Origin: Eledone cirrhosa
Taxonomy: Eukaryota
Length of the DNA: 64,000 nt
Direction: 5' to 3'
NCBI GenBank assembly: GCA_964016885.1
Contig: OZ024755.1
Coordinates: forward strand, 25,916,001-25,980,000
Below, piece by piece: positions 13,793-26,706 of the stretch; the first letter of the stretch is position 1; each line of letters starts with the position of its first letter. The notes under the pieces are model-generated. The model was not told where the DNA came from. It made no database searches and was given only the letters and a program-made list of their open reading frames with translations. The translations under genes were made by a program, and so were the position numbers.

Positions 13793-14239
13793 CTGAAACA
13801 AAAGAGACAAACATTAAGTTTAGAAGGATTATTCTTATTCTTATTATTATCATTAGTTGTGCTACTGTTGATGGTGTTCATGTTTAGTTAATATCTCATA
13901 CATATACCACTGTCTTAGTTAATATCACACATATATATCACTGTCTTTAGTTAATATCACACATATATATCACTGTCTTTAGTTAATATCACACATATAT
14001 ATATCATTGTCTTAGTTAATATCTTACACACATATCAGTCTTTAGTTAATATCTCACATATATATATATATCACTGTCTTTAGTTAATATCACACATATA
14101 TATATATATATATACCAGTTTTTAGTTAATATCACACACACACACATACATATATATCATTGTCTTAATTAATATCTCACACACATATATATCACTATTT
14201 TATTTAGTTAACATCTCACATATATATCACTGTCTGGAC

Positions 14240-14570
14240 TTGTGGTACATTGTTCTACAACTACATATTGGTCTTGTGGTTACAGTGTTGTACAACTACA
14301 TATTGGTTTTGTGGTTACAGTGTTGTACAACTACATATTGGTCTTGTGGCTACAGTATTGTACAACTACATATTGGTCTTGTGGCTACAGTGTTGTACAA
14401 CTACATATTGGTCTTGTGGTTACAGTGTTGTACAACTACATATTGGTCTTGTGGTTACAGTGTTGTACAACTACATATTGGTCTTGTGGCTACAGTGTTG
14501 TACAACTACATATTGGTCTTGTGGCTACAGTGTTGTACAACTACATACTGGACTTGTGGTTACAGTGTTG
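14240..14570. repeat. 36-bp tandem repeat
   Basis: tgtggttacagtgttgtacaactacatattggtct unit. Confidence 0.95.
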
Positions 14571-15073
14571 CACTCACAATCATACAGTCATGGTTTCATA
14601 TCTTGGACTGGGCAGCACAATGTGTACTTGAGCAAGACACTTCATTTCACATTGCTTCTATTCTACTCAGCTGACAAAAAGTGTACAAGCAATAACCACT
14701 AAGGGTTAGCTCCTGCAACAGGGGGGACTTTCCATGATAAGACTGGGACCTCCATCATTAACAAACCTGAAAAATCTCCTACGAAATGTAACCTTATTGT
14801 CCAGCTAAACCTATATAGGTGTGAGCTGTAACAGCAACATAGGAGGGCAGCTAAACTTACATAGGTGTGAGCTGTAACAACAATATAGGAGACCAGCTAA
14901 ACCTACATAGGTGTGAACTGTAACAACAGCAATGTATTTCCAAGTATTTGTTAGTCCAAAGAGGTATGGGAAAGGGACTGTTGTTACACGACACAGGCTC
15001 CAGTTAATATTTGTAGAAAATACAAATGTTGTTTGACTTAGTAAAAGTATAATAACAATCAATGTTTGATTAC

Positions 15074-15278
15074 CTGTTTACCCTGCGTGGACATTTATCA
15101 GGTGAGATGCTCACCTCATAGTGGTGAATATTGTATTTAGGAAATGAAATTCTGAAAAAGTTTGCTCGCAAATGGATAGGTCTGCCAAGCTGACCAACAT
15201 TAGGTCGTGGAGGTGAGACAAAATCAGGCAGGGCTGTTGGAACCTCGACAGAACTGCCCTGTAATGTTTGTAAAGTTC
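15074..15278 (-). CDS. AGO2: Argonaute exon 4, N domain start (PPRPNVGQLGRPIHLRANFF...PDKCPRRVNR)
   Basis: AGO N-terminal signature, AG/GT sites, phase 1-2. Confidence 0.95.
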
Positions 15279-15829
15279 CTACAAATAAAAGAAAATTATA
15301 TTTAAAACAAGTAGAATGTCACAGAATTTTCAAAAACTGCATGAAATACACAACTTGATTTGAAATCTTGAGTTTTATATTATACTGAAAAGAAAGTAGC
15401 TGATTGTTTGATCAGACCAAGGAAACAATGTTTCCATTGGTCTTTCCATTGCTGATACTATCTGCTGGTCACTCACAACTTGTGCCAGAAGTGTTACTGT
15501 TTTTCCAATGACAGGAAATAGGTTTTTACCTCAAATCCCTAAAAAAAAAAAAAAAACTAGAACAGATACCATAATGCATCTTGTCCAATGTTTTCACAAT
15601 CCTGCTAATCCACATGCACACATAGAAGGAAGGTCTACACCTAGAGTCAATGTCTGTATGGTGTGTCCTGCCAAAAATGGAATGTAGGAGCAAGACGGTC
15701 TCCTGACCCATCTTGTCTATGACTATGACAACCTGTTCAACATATGCCATCATGGAAAACAAATATGATGATGATGATGTGAGAGGGTAGTGGGTAGTAA
15801 ATAAAATAGTTAGAGAAACTGAGACTTAC

Positions 15830-16066
15830 CATCTGGGGAATCACTTCGTGGAGGAATGTTAAATGCCATACCTGAAGCGAGCCCACCTGGTGGTAACCCA
15901 GGAGGAGGTAGCCCACCTGGTGGTAACCCAGGAGGAGGTAGTCCACCTGGAGGTAACCCAGGCGGAGGCAGCCCAGTCGGAGGTAACCCACCTGGTGGCA
16001 GCCCACCCGGAGGTAACCCACCTGGTGGCAGCCCACCCGGAGGCAGCCCACCTGGAGGCAACCCAC
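15830..16066 (-). CDS. AGO2: Argonaute exon 3, Gly/Pro-rich (G/P/T)GLPP repeat (237 nt)
   Basis: ttcatttcag| acceptor, |gtaagt donor, phase 1-1, synonymous variation among repeat units. Confidence 0.8.
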
Positions 16067-16981
16067 CTGAAATGAAAAATAAAAATATATTATTCAAGCA
16101 AATAATCAAATTTCTTCAATGGTTAAGTGTTTGTAATGAAAATGAAATGTTATACTTGAGTAAAGCCCAGAGGTTCATCAAGCTAAATTTTATTGGTGTT
16201 ACATGTCTGAGAGTACAAGACTCTTCCCTTGATAAGACACCAGTCCATCACAGTTTGTCTCAAGCCCAGAGTTTCAGCAGGCCAGAGCTTATCTAAATTT
16301 TATTGGTGTCAAATCACAGAGAATACAAGACTTTTCCCTGCACTAGACACCAGTCAAATACACAGTTAGAGTCTGCTCCAAGCCCAGTGATTCATCAGGC
16401 CAGAGTTTGTCTTGGTTTTATTGGTGTTAAGTGATTGAGAATGCAAGACTCACCCCTGGAGTAGATACCAATCAAATACACAGTTAAAGTCTGCTCCAAG
16501 CCCAGAGGTTCAGCAGATCAGAGTTTGTCCTGGTTTTATTGCTGTTAAGTGACTGAGAATACAAGACCTTTTGCTGGAGAGGACATTTGTCCACCACAGT
16601 TAAAGTCAGCTCCAGTAAAGTGACAGAATAAAGTGGACTAGACACCAGTAAAATACACAGTTTAAGTCTGCTCCAAGACTAGAGGTTCACCAAGCCAGAG
16701 TTTGTCCTGGTTCCATTGGTGTTACGTGACTGAGTACAAGACTCTTCACTGGAGAGGACATTAGTCCACGGCAGTTAAAGTCAGCTCCAGTAAAGTGACA
16801 GAGTACAAAACTCTCTCTTGGAGAGGATATCAGTCCATTGCAGGTTTAACTCCCAGCTGCTGGTACTCAATAATTTCAGCTGAGTTAGCTGGAACAATTT
16901 AAAATGAAGTGTTTTGGGAATTGAACACACAACAATTTTAAAACATTCAAACTATAAAAAAATATGTAAACATCAACTCAC

Positions 16982-17011
16982 CAGGAATTTGAGGGTTCAT
17001 GCCAGACCCAC
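16982..17011 (-). CDS. AGO2: Argonaute micro-exon 2 (GSGMNPQIP-G, 30 nt, phase 1-1)
   Basis: ttttatttag| acceptor, |gtgagt donor, open in frame, symmetric phase. Confidence 0.65.
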
Positions 17012-17144
17012 CTAAATAAAATACAATAACACATGTATAAATACAAGCAGGAAAAAGCGGACGTATGATGATGATGATTATGATTATTTCTATAAGGTAA
17101 CAATCAAGAGGGATAACTGAAAAAAGATGAACTGAAGAATTATA

Positions 17145-17771
17145 TTAACCCTTTCATTACCATATTTCTAATGAAAGACACTACCAATGTCTTTAACCCT
17201 TTCATTACCATATTTCTAATGAAAGACAGTCTATGCATTTAACCCTTTCATTACCATATTTCTAATGAAAGATACTACCTATGTCTTTAACTCTTTCATT
17301 ACCATATTTTTAATGAAAGACACTGTCTACATTTTAACCCTTTCATTACTATATTTCTAATGAAAGACACTGTTTATGTCTTTAACACTTTCATTATTGT
17401 ATTCATTACCAAATTTCTAATGAAAGACACTGCCTATGTAACTCTTTCATTAACATATTTCTAATGAAAGACACTACCTATGTCTAACTCTTTCATTAAC
17501 ATACTTCTAATGAACCCTTTCATTACTATATTTCTAATAAAAGACAGTGCCTGTCTTTAACCCTTTCATTACTATATTTCTGCCTATGATTTTTGAATAA
17601 CTTTGAAAATAATCAAGTTTTTGGAGGGATTTAGTAATATAACTTAACTTTCTCGTTATATAGCTAGTGTTTGGAACATAATATAACAAAGGTTCTTACA
17701 TGAAATTATGATGGAAGGTTTTTAAGATAAATGTATGCTTTAAAAATTTAGTATCATAGAAAAAGGGTTTA
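17145..17771. mobile_element. TTAA/CCCTT...AAGGG-terminated MITE with tandem 43-bp terminal repeats; relatives 5529-5862, 36975-37035, 38865-39330, 59745-60290
   Basis: Unit aaccctttcattaccatatttctaatgaaagacactgcctatgtcttt with shared flank. Confidence 0.6.
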
Positions 17772-18319
17772 GGGACACAACACACTGCTAGGAATTGAAC
17801 TCCTGACTGTTGTGAGTCAAACACTTTAATCACTAAACCTTACAACTTCACATACAATTGTGTAGTTGTGAGTTCAACTAAGACATAACACATCTGGTCT
17901 GTTGCAGACGTTACAGCTAATTATATCAACAATGACAATAGCAGCAACAACAGCAACACCATAGACAACAATATCTGCAACAATAATATCAGCAACGACA
18001 ACATCAGCAACGACAACATCAGCAATGACGATAACATCAGCAACGACGACGACAGCCACAATAACAAGAACAACAACAACACAAAAAAAAATCAAGTAAA
18101 ACAACAATGACAACAACAAGAACACAACCACCAAAAAAAAAAACAAGTAAAACAAGAACTACAACACCAAAAACAAGTAAAACAACAATATCAACGACAT
18201 GTTTCTTCAAGACTACAATAGTTTTAGTTCATTGAAAATATTGGATCAATAGAAATTTCCAAATGGAAGATAAAAGTAAAAGTAGATCTGATTGTTGGGA
18301 AATATAGCTTCCACCTGCC

Positions 18320-19790
18320 ATGGAGGTTATATACAGACTTTTTGTTGGGGTGTTATATACAGACTCTCTGTTGGGGGGGGGGGGGGGGGGACAACAACAT
18401 GGGTGTTATATACAGACTCTGTTGGGGGGTGGGGGACAGACAGCATGGGTGTTATATACAGACTCTCTGTTGGGGAGAGGGACAGACAGCATGGGTGTTA
18501 TATACAGACTCTCTGTTGGGGAGAGAGGCAGACAGCATGGGTGTTATATACAGACTCTCTGTTGGGGAGAGGGGCAGACAGCATGGGTATTATATACAGA
18601 CTCTCTGATGGGGAGAGGGGCAGACAGCATGGGTGTTATATACAGACTCTCTGTTGGGGAGAGAGGCAGACAGCATGGGTGTTATATACAGACTCTCTGT
18701 TGGGGGGAGGGCAGACAGCATGGGTGTTATATACAGACTCTCTGTTGGGGAGAGAGGCAGACAGCATGGGTGTTATATACAGACAGCATGGGTGTTATAT
18801 ACAGACTCTCTGTTGGGGAGAGGGGCAGACAGCATGGGTATTATATACAGACTCTCTGATGGGGAGAGGGGCAGACAGCATGGGTGTTATATACAGACTC
18901 TCTGTTGGGGAGAGAGGCAGACAGCATGGGTGTTATATACAGACTCTCTGTTGGGGGGAGGGCAGACAGCATGGGTGTTATATACAGACTCTCTGCTGGG
19001 GAGAGGGGCAGACAGCATGGGTATTATATACAGACTCTCTGTTGGGGAGAGGGGCAGACAGCATGGGTGTTATATACAGACTCTCTGTTGGAGAAAGGGG
19101 CAGACAGCATGGGTATTATATACAGACTCTCTGTTGGGGAGAGGGGCAGACAGCATGGGTATTATATACAGACTCTCTGTTGTGGGCAGACAACTTGTAG
19201 GTTATATACAGACTCTCTGTTGGGGTTGGAGCAGACAAAATGGGTGTTACAGACACTCTGTTGTGGGCAGACAACTTGTAGGTTATATACAGACTCTCTG
19301 TTGGGGTTGGAGCAGACAAAATGGGTGTTACAGACACTCTGTTGTGGGCAGACAACTTGTAGGTTATATACAGACTCTCTGTTGGGGTTGGAGCAGACAA
19401 AATGGGTGTTACAGACAATCTGTTGGAGGCAGACAACTTGGGTGTTATATACAAACTCACTGTTGGAGACAGACAGCTTGGGTATTATATACAGACTCAC
19501 TGTTGGAGACAGACAGCTTGGGTGTTATATACAGACTCACTGTTGGAGACAGACAGCTTGGGTGTTATATACAGACTCACTGTTGGAAGCAGACATTTTG
19601 GTGTTATATACAGACTCACTGTTGGAGACAGACAGCTTGGGTGTTATATACAGACACTCTGGGGGGAGGGGGGGGGGACAACAAGGGTTTTATATAGACA
19701 CTGTTGGGGGTAGACAATATGGGTGTTATATACAGACACTCTGTTGGGGGCAGACAACATGGAGGTTATATACAGACTCTGTTGAGGGGG
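18320..19790. repeat. About 46-bp minisatellite with graded variants
   Basis: gggtgttatatacagactctctgttggggagaggggcagacagcat unit. Confidence 0.95.
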
Positions 19791-19994
19791 AAGACTAGGG
19801 GGGGGGGGGTAACGTTGTCTGTAGGTAACAGGGGTAGGGTGAGGGATTCAGGTTGTCTTTAGGTAACAGGGTTCAGGGTGTGGTTGAGGTATATGTTGTC
19901 TCTAGGTAACAAGGGGGATATAAGCTGTCTCTAGGCAACAGGGGGTTATAGGCTGTCTCTAGGCAACAAGGGTGGGGGGATATAGACACATAGA

Positions 19995-21225
19995 TAGATT
20001 TCTTTATTTACCATAAAGGCATAAAAAGAAGGGACAAATACAAAGGGGGAGTTTACATATAATCGAGTAAAAAGGGTGTAACATGAAAATAATCGAAAAT
20101 AACCTCAAAAGGGAGGGGACGTGATGGGGGTTGCACACACCCCCGAAAAAGTGTGCAATCCTTTGCCCGGGGAGCACATGGAGAAGGTGCTCCCCTCTCC
20201 TTTACTTCTTTACCTACAGGATGGTATACAGAGAAGGCCCATTTACACGAGCCATTCTCGCCACTATCACCCACCTTTCATAAAACTGCCTGTGGCCAAG
20301 CACCTCTCTCTCCATTCTTATCCTTCTTCCGAAGTGATATCGGAAGAAGTAGACCAGACTATGGCCAGAGAGGAAGTTGCCTGACCTCAGACCTTTCAAT
20401 CGTGTCCACCAAACAACCTCTTTCAACATGGCTATTACGCACAGAAAAACCGCCTTTGCTTCCTTTGTGAAGAGGGGAGGCGGTTTGATTGTCATCACGG
20501 ACTCGGCTGTCAATTTAATCGGCGCCACCCGCGACAGCAGTTGTTCGGCGTAGCCCCACAGATCAGCCACGCCCGGACATTGCACCAATGCGTGCGCCAC
20601 GGTTTCTTCGTGACGCACGCATCTAGGGCAAATCTTTTTTGAGGGATCCCTGCCCGGGCGCCCGTGTCTGTAGAGCCTCTCTCGAACGGGTAGAGCCCCT
20701 CGGTAGCACTGCCAGGCCAGTGACTTCTGGAAGTTGTCCATTGGTCCTGGGCCGAAAGTCCTACCGAACAGGCTGGCCAGTTCGTCTTCTTCCATGTCCA
20801 GCGACTCTCCAAGGGTGTCATCGCCCCTGCTAGCCACCAGCCCTCTATAGAATGATGAGGTGGATTCTCCACCGATGGCCCGGCCCGCTTGCCAGAGAGC
20901 CCTGAGCGCCTGAGCACACTCAGTGTGCCAGTCTCCCAGTTTTCCGGATCTTTGCTTGACCCAGGACTGTAGCTCGGTGAGTGAGACGAGTCTCGGAAAG
21001 GCTCGTTTCACGAACGGAGCCCACACCGGTTGACCAGTGAGGAATACCTGTAGGTGCCGTAGCCTTAATGCGTGCCTACGCATCATCAACCACGGCATCC
21101 CCAGCCCTCCTTTCGAAGGTTGTTGGCAGCAGATGGATCTTCTCACCATAGGAGGACGCTTCTTCCAAAGAAATTGGAAGAGCATGCGTTCCATGGTGGT
21201 GAGTGTTTCCTTAGCTCCCACAAAG
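19995..21225 (-). mobile_element. 5'-truncated Tx1/L1-clade LINE, ORF2 C-terminus with zf-RVT
   Basis: KGGLGMP motif, CPRC...ET..H....C zinc knuckle, 3' AATAAA then tcta tail. Confidence 0.85.
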
Positions 21226-22500
21226 TAATCAACAGGCTAAAAGACCCTAACCCTACCAGACTTAGAACAGATATCCTTTTAGCTTAGACATAATTTTCCT
21301 CTACACTTCTATCCCTGCCCCCTCTGGCTTTTGACTTAATTACTGACAATTTTATTGCCTCTACCAACCACAATTTTTTCTGCTTTACTGCTGCTGACAT
21401 CCATGAGTTGCTCTCTGTCATCATGTGCAACCCCTTCTTCCAGTTCAAGGGCTCCCTTTACAAACAGATTTCAGGACTGCCAATGGGGTCAAGTCTCTCA
21501 GGTCTGCTGGCCATCAGTACATGGATCAGTTGGAGTGTACAGCACTCACCACCTGCCTCTCTTGCTCATTCTTCTCCAGGTACATGGATGATATCTCGAT
21601 GTTCACTTCATCACATGCAGAAGCCATCAATATTTACATCTTCAAAAATGTAGACTGACACAAACTTTGAAGTTGAGAACCTGGACATCACTGCATTGTT
21701 GTCTTTACTCGACTTTACACTAAGAATCACAGAGAAGGGATCCATATACACCAAATTCTACAAGAAGGATGCCTGCAGAGACATTTTTTAACACCATAAT
21801 TCTGCCTTCCCCTACAGAGCCAAAATGGCCAATGTACAGAATAAGATCTCCCAGATATGCAACAGATGCAATGAATACATTAGCACAGAGGAATTCCAGA
21901 GAGTTCTCATTGAGAACGGCTACTGAACTTCTCTCACCAAATGCCAAGACACCACCTAAAAGAACAAGGACACACACTTCTAGAAATAACATGCTGTCTA
22001 AAGCTGCTGCATTTAAATGTGAAGACAACCACTGCCACCCAACAAGCCATCTGTAGGGAAGGTCTGAACATACAGCTAGCACACTCAGGACCTTCCTTAA
22101 GAAGACCACTCTACAAACCCCTAACTGCATACAATGATATATGCACACTTCCTACCGTTGGGAATTTGAGAATTAAAGAGGCTTTAATCATCAACACACA
22201 GAAGTCACAAATAAACAATAGATCAGAACTATAAGGAGCAGACTGGCTTCTAAGAGTGCTCCACACATGTGCAATTCAAAACTTTGACCAGTTAGGGAAG
22301 AATGCATCATTTGTTTTTGTTATACATTTGAAAAGAGAGTCTAATCCTGAAATATTATGTTGAAATATACTGGGTAAAAAACATTACTTTGTTTTGTTTT
22401 ATTTGTCATCCTTTGCCTTTTCTATCACATTGTCCAGCTTTTTGAAGTCCTTACTAATCAATTATTACCTATCTCACAATGCTTCATATCAACTACACCA
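21226..22500 (+). pseudogene. Decayed Penelope-like retroelement (RT plus GIY-YIG C-terminus)
   Basis: Frameshifted motifs SLDIIFLYTSIP, YKQISGLPMGSSLS, RYMDDI and LRIKEALIINTQKSQINNRSEL. Confidence 0.75.
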
Positions 22501-22503
22501 ATA

Positions 22504-22538
<35 letters not shown>

Positions 22539-23011
22539 TGGTACCTCGACAAAATGCACCCCGTCGAGCCTGTAAAGTGGTAGTGCTAGTGCATGACAAA
22601 AACACACCCCATATTCACTGTAAAGTGGTTGGCATTAGGAAATATATCAGTTGCAGAACCCATGCCAAATATAGAACATATGAGCAAGGTGTGGTCACAA
22701 GAACTGCCAAATCTCAGTACATGGCAACCTATTTTACACATGACAACATGGAGCAAATATATGAAAACATGTAACATGATGATATACCGGTATGTGTGTG
22801 CCCTTGAGTTTATGTTAATGTTTATTTCCTGTAACTTAGCAGATCTACAAACAGGGATCAATAAAATATGTACCAGACTCAAGAAAAATAAGTAGTGAGG
22901 TTGATATCATTGGCTAACTTCTTTTAATACAGTGCCCCAACATGGCCGTGGTCTAAAACCAATAAAAGATTAAACAATTATAATTTGTCAACATCTGGTA
23001 AAATCCCATAT

Positions 23012-23345
23012 GCATGATAATGGGAGCCTGTATGTAGTTACTAGACCTGCTAGAAACAATAGCTAAACCCGGCATGATAATGATAGGTCTTACTCAGAGT
23101 GTACCTGTATGTAGTCACTAGACCTGCTAGAAACAATATCTAAACCTGGCATGATAATGATAGGTCTTACTCTGGGAGTGTACCTGTATGTAGTCACTGG
23201 ACCTGTTAAAAACAATAGCTAAACCTGGCATGATAATGGTAGGTCTTACTCTGGGTGTGTACCTGTATGTAGTCACTAGACCTGCTAGAAACAATGGCTA
23301 AATCTGACATGATTATGGGAGGTTTAATTCTGTGAGTATACTTGT
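23012..23345. repeat. About 78-bp tandem repeat, 4 copies
   Basis: cctgtatgtagtcactagacctgctagaaacaat unit. Confidence 0.85.
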
Positions 23346-25053
23346 AATTCAAATGTCACACTGATTTGGCCTGGGAATTACATTAGGGGTACATGTGTCT
23401 GTGGAAATACTCAACCACTTAGATGTTTTGTCATGAGTTGGACATTCAGTTGGTAGACTGAATGTTCATCATTGAAACCAATGGAGGACCCATGATGATG
23501 ATATTTGAGGGAGACTTCTGTCTGGACCAACACCAGCCAACAGACTCCCTTCTTGGTGTTGTTGGTGACATTGGTGGCAGTGGTGTTGGTGGTTGTGGTA
23601 GTGTTGTTGGTGGTGGTAGTCATGGTGTTGGTGTTGTTGGTAGTGGAGGTAGTGTTGTTGTTGATGGTGGTGTTGTTGGAGGTAGTGTTGTTGTTGTTGG
23701 CGGTAGTGGAAGTGGTGTTGTTGGGTGGCGTTAGTGGTGGAGACTCGATAAGAACTACTTTCTAACTTCAGCAGAAGGCCAGCAATTTGAAGGAAGAAGA
23801 AAGTTTATACCAACACCTAGTACTTGATTGGTACTTAATTTTATCAATCCTAGTACATGACAAATATTTATTTTATCGAGTCTGGAAGGATGAAAGTCAA
23901 ATAATGATAGCAATGGTTTGTAACACAGTATAAATAGTAGAGTTATGTATAACAGTGTTTTAGTAGTAGTAGTAGTAGTAGTAGTAGTGACAACGCAATA
24001 GAATTATACATTACGATTGTATAGGTAATATTATATATATATATATATTAATGAAAAAAGGACAGATTCCAAATATTCCTTTAATGTTACAAAAATCACT
24101 ATGGCCAGCAAAGGGATATTTGGAATCCGACCTTCTTGTTTCATGGAAGCATTTAACTCTGTTCCTGCACCAACCACGAGATACTACATCTATGATGGAT
24201 GATACACATAACGTTGAGTGCTTCTGATTATTGCATCATAGGCTGTTAATCGGACTGACTAGATCTATCCATTTGTTAAACAGTATATATATATATAATA
24301 CTGACATGGCGAAACAAATCTGTGCTGAAGTAGTAAGTACCCAGGTAATATAACTGGTACTTGTTTTTGCCGACGGTAGAAGGATTAAAAGCAATGCTCA
24401 ACCGACACTGTCATTAAAGTGTGACTTTCGTCAACGTTTTGTTTCCGTTACACCATTGCCTAGACAGGTATTAAGAAAGAAAGAAATACTAACAATAGTA
24501 CTAGTAGTAGTAGTAGTAGTAGTACTGCTACTACTAATAGTACTAGCAGTAGTAGTAGAACCAGTAATAGGAGCACTGCCTGTATTCAGTAAACCCCGAC
24601 ATCACTACCACCCTACTCTACAATATATATATATATAGCATGCAATTCACTTTGATTAAATATATTTTTTATCTGTTTATCAATCATAATAATTGATCAC
24701 TTATTTATTTAATTAGTTTGAATATTTTCTAATTTTGTCTCGCTTTATTTTAATGACATATTTATGGGGACGGTGGGGTCATATTTAAGTTTGTTTTTTT
24801 TTTCACTGCAAAACCTAAAAACTAGTGCAGAGGGAAAGATTCCTTTTAATGTGATCTTTTGATCGTTAGATTTTTCTTTTCTTTTGCATACAGGTTGATT
24901 AATCTATAGGATCCAAGTAGCAAAATACATAATAGTTTGTAGGAAAATGTTACAAAAAACGAAAAATATGTTTACTTAATTGTCCCAATTAACTTTATTT
25001 ATTTATAACTCTATAAAATGATATAGTTATGATATAAATTAAATACACATACA

Positions 25054-25128
<75 letters not shown>

Positions 25129-25134
25129 ATGTAA

Positions 25135-25176
<42 letters not shown>

Positions 25177-26684
25177 GCACTAATATATATATATATATAT
25201 ACACACATATTTATATTAAGGTCTTAATATAAATATCAAACCTCTACTTCGGTATTGAGTACTCTTTTCTCTCAGCCGTCAACCACACACACACACACAT
25301 ATATATATACACACATACACATATATATATTATATATATGTATGCATGTATAACCTCTTTTTAAAGTTATAATTTAGCTAACTTCCGACAGTTTTTAAAT
25401 TTTGTTGTTTCTTCTTTTTCGTCGATTATCTTCGTATTCGAAGATAATTTCTTTAGTCTGTCTTAAATATTTGATAGCAAGCAATAAACAAGATGAGAGG
25501 ACTACTTATAAATAAATGTAATAAGATAAATAATAATTAAGAAATATATTTTACATTATAGTGTTATATATGATCACATTTTAACATCTTTCTCGTGGAA
25601 TTTTAAAAAACTTTCTTCAACTAATACAAATCAGAAGAAAATTGTACTAAAAGAAAACAAATTCGTGCCAGAAAAGTTATGAAAACTCCATCAGGATATC
25701 TGACATAGTCATAACATTTACTGGTTCGTTATTTCTAAATAGTTAAATACTTTGATAAATAAAAACAACTTCAATTTAAGTTAGTTTCTCAACTAATTAG
25801 GTGTGCAAATTAAATTGTAGTTAATTGGGTGTATAATTAAATTGTGGATCATCAATATATTCCTTAGGTTTCTTGCTTTACCATACTTTCAACTTTCAAG
25901 ACAGAACCTCTCTCAATTTATAACTGATTCCGTCAAGAATTAATAATCTAGTTACGAAATATATTTTTTCGATCATTCGTGGGACATAAAAATTACTTTT
26001 AGATATTTTTTAAGACCTCATTAACAAGATCCAAGGGTTGCAGAAAAATTATAAATTATTTAGTTATATAAAAATAACATTTTCGTTTCCATGTGTAAAA
26101 TCTTAATTATTCAATCGTTCAGGTGTGTCAAGCCCTCATCGTACCTTTTTAGGTGCTGGATACAAACTTAGGGATTACACATAGTTTAATCCTTAACAAG
26201 TTCACAAAACTATAAATATATAATTATAACAGATAATAAATATATTTATATATGTATATAATGTACATTTCGATGTCTAATTAATTCTTTGTGCTTGTTT
26301 GGGTTAAACAGATTAAACTTGAAGACTCGTGTATTCCGTTTCTGGTTGTGATTCTAAACCAGTTACATACGAAATATGTAACTGTATATTATTGTGAAGT
26401 TGAATAATAATAATAATTGTTTCTACGTTAGGCACAAGAACAATAATGGTTTCTGATTTAGACACAAGGCCAGCAATTTTGGAGAAGGGGAAAGTCAATT
26501 AAATCGACCCCAGTGCGTTACTGGTACTTTATTTTATCGACATCGTAAGGTTGAAAGGCAAAGCTAACTTCGGCGGGATTTGCAATAAAATCATAATCAT
26601 AATAATAAAGAAACTTTTCATGTTTATTTAATAAAGTAGCATGTGGAGAAATAAGATAGAGGAATGTGATAGATGTAAACATAC

Positions 26685-26706
26685 CTGGAGGTTGTGTCGG
26701 ATACAT
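26685..26706 (-). CDS. AGO2: Argonaute coding exon 1 (MYPTQPP-G, 22 nt)
   Basis: ATG at 26706-26704, donor G|GTATGT, phase 1 fits downstream exons; 22-nt first coding exon matches vertebrate AGO2 as recalled. Confidence 0.75.

Noticed and set aside
18292-19798. Overlapping 300-350 aa ORFs
   Set aside because: Translations of a 46-bp minisatellite
24049-24282. Short inverted repeat module between TA tracts as a ribozyme carrier
   Set aside because: Hairpin present but no hammerhead core found on either strand
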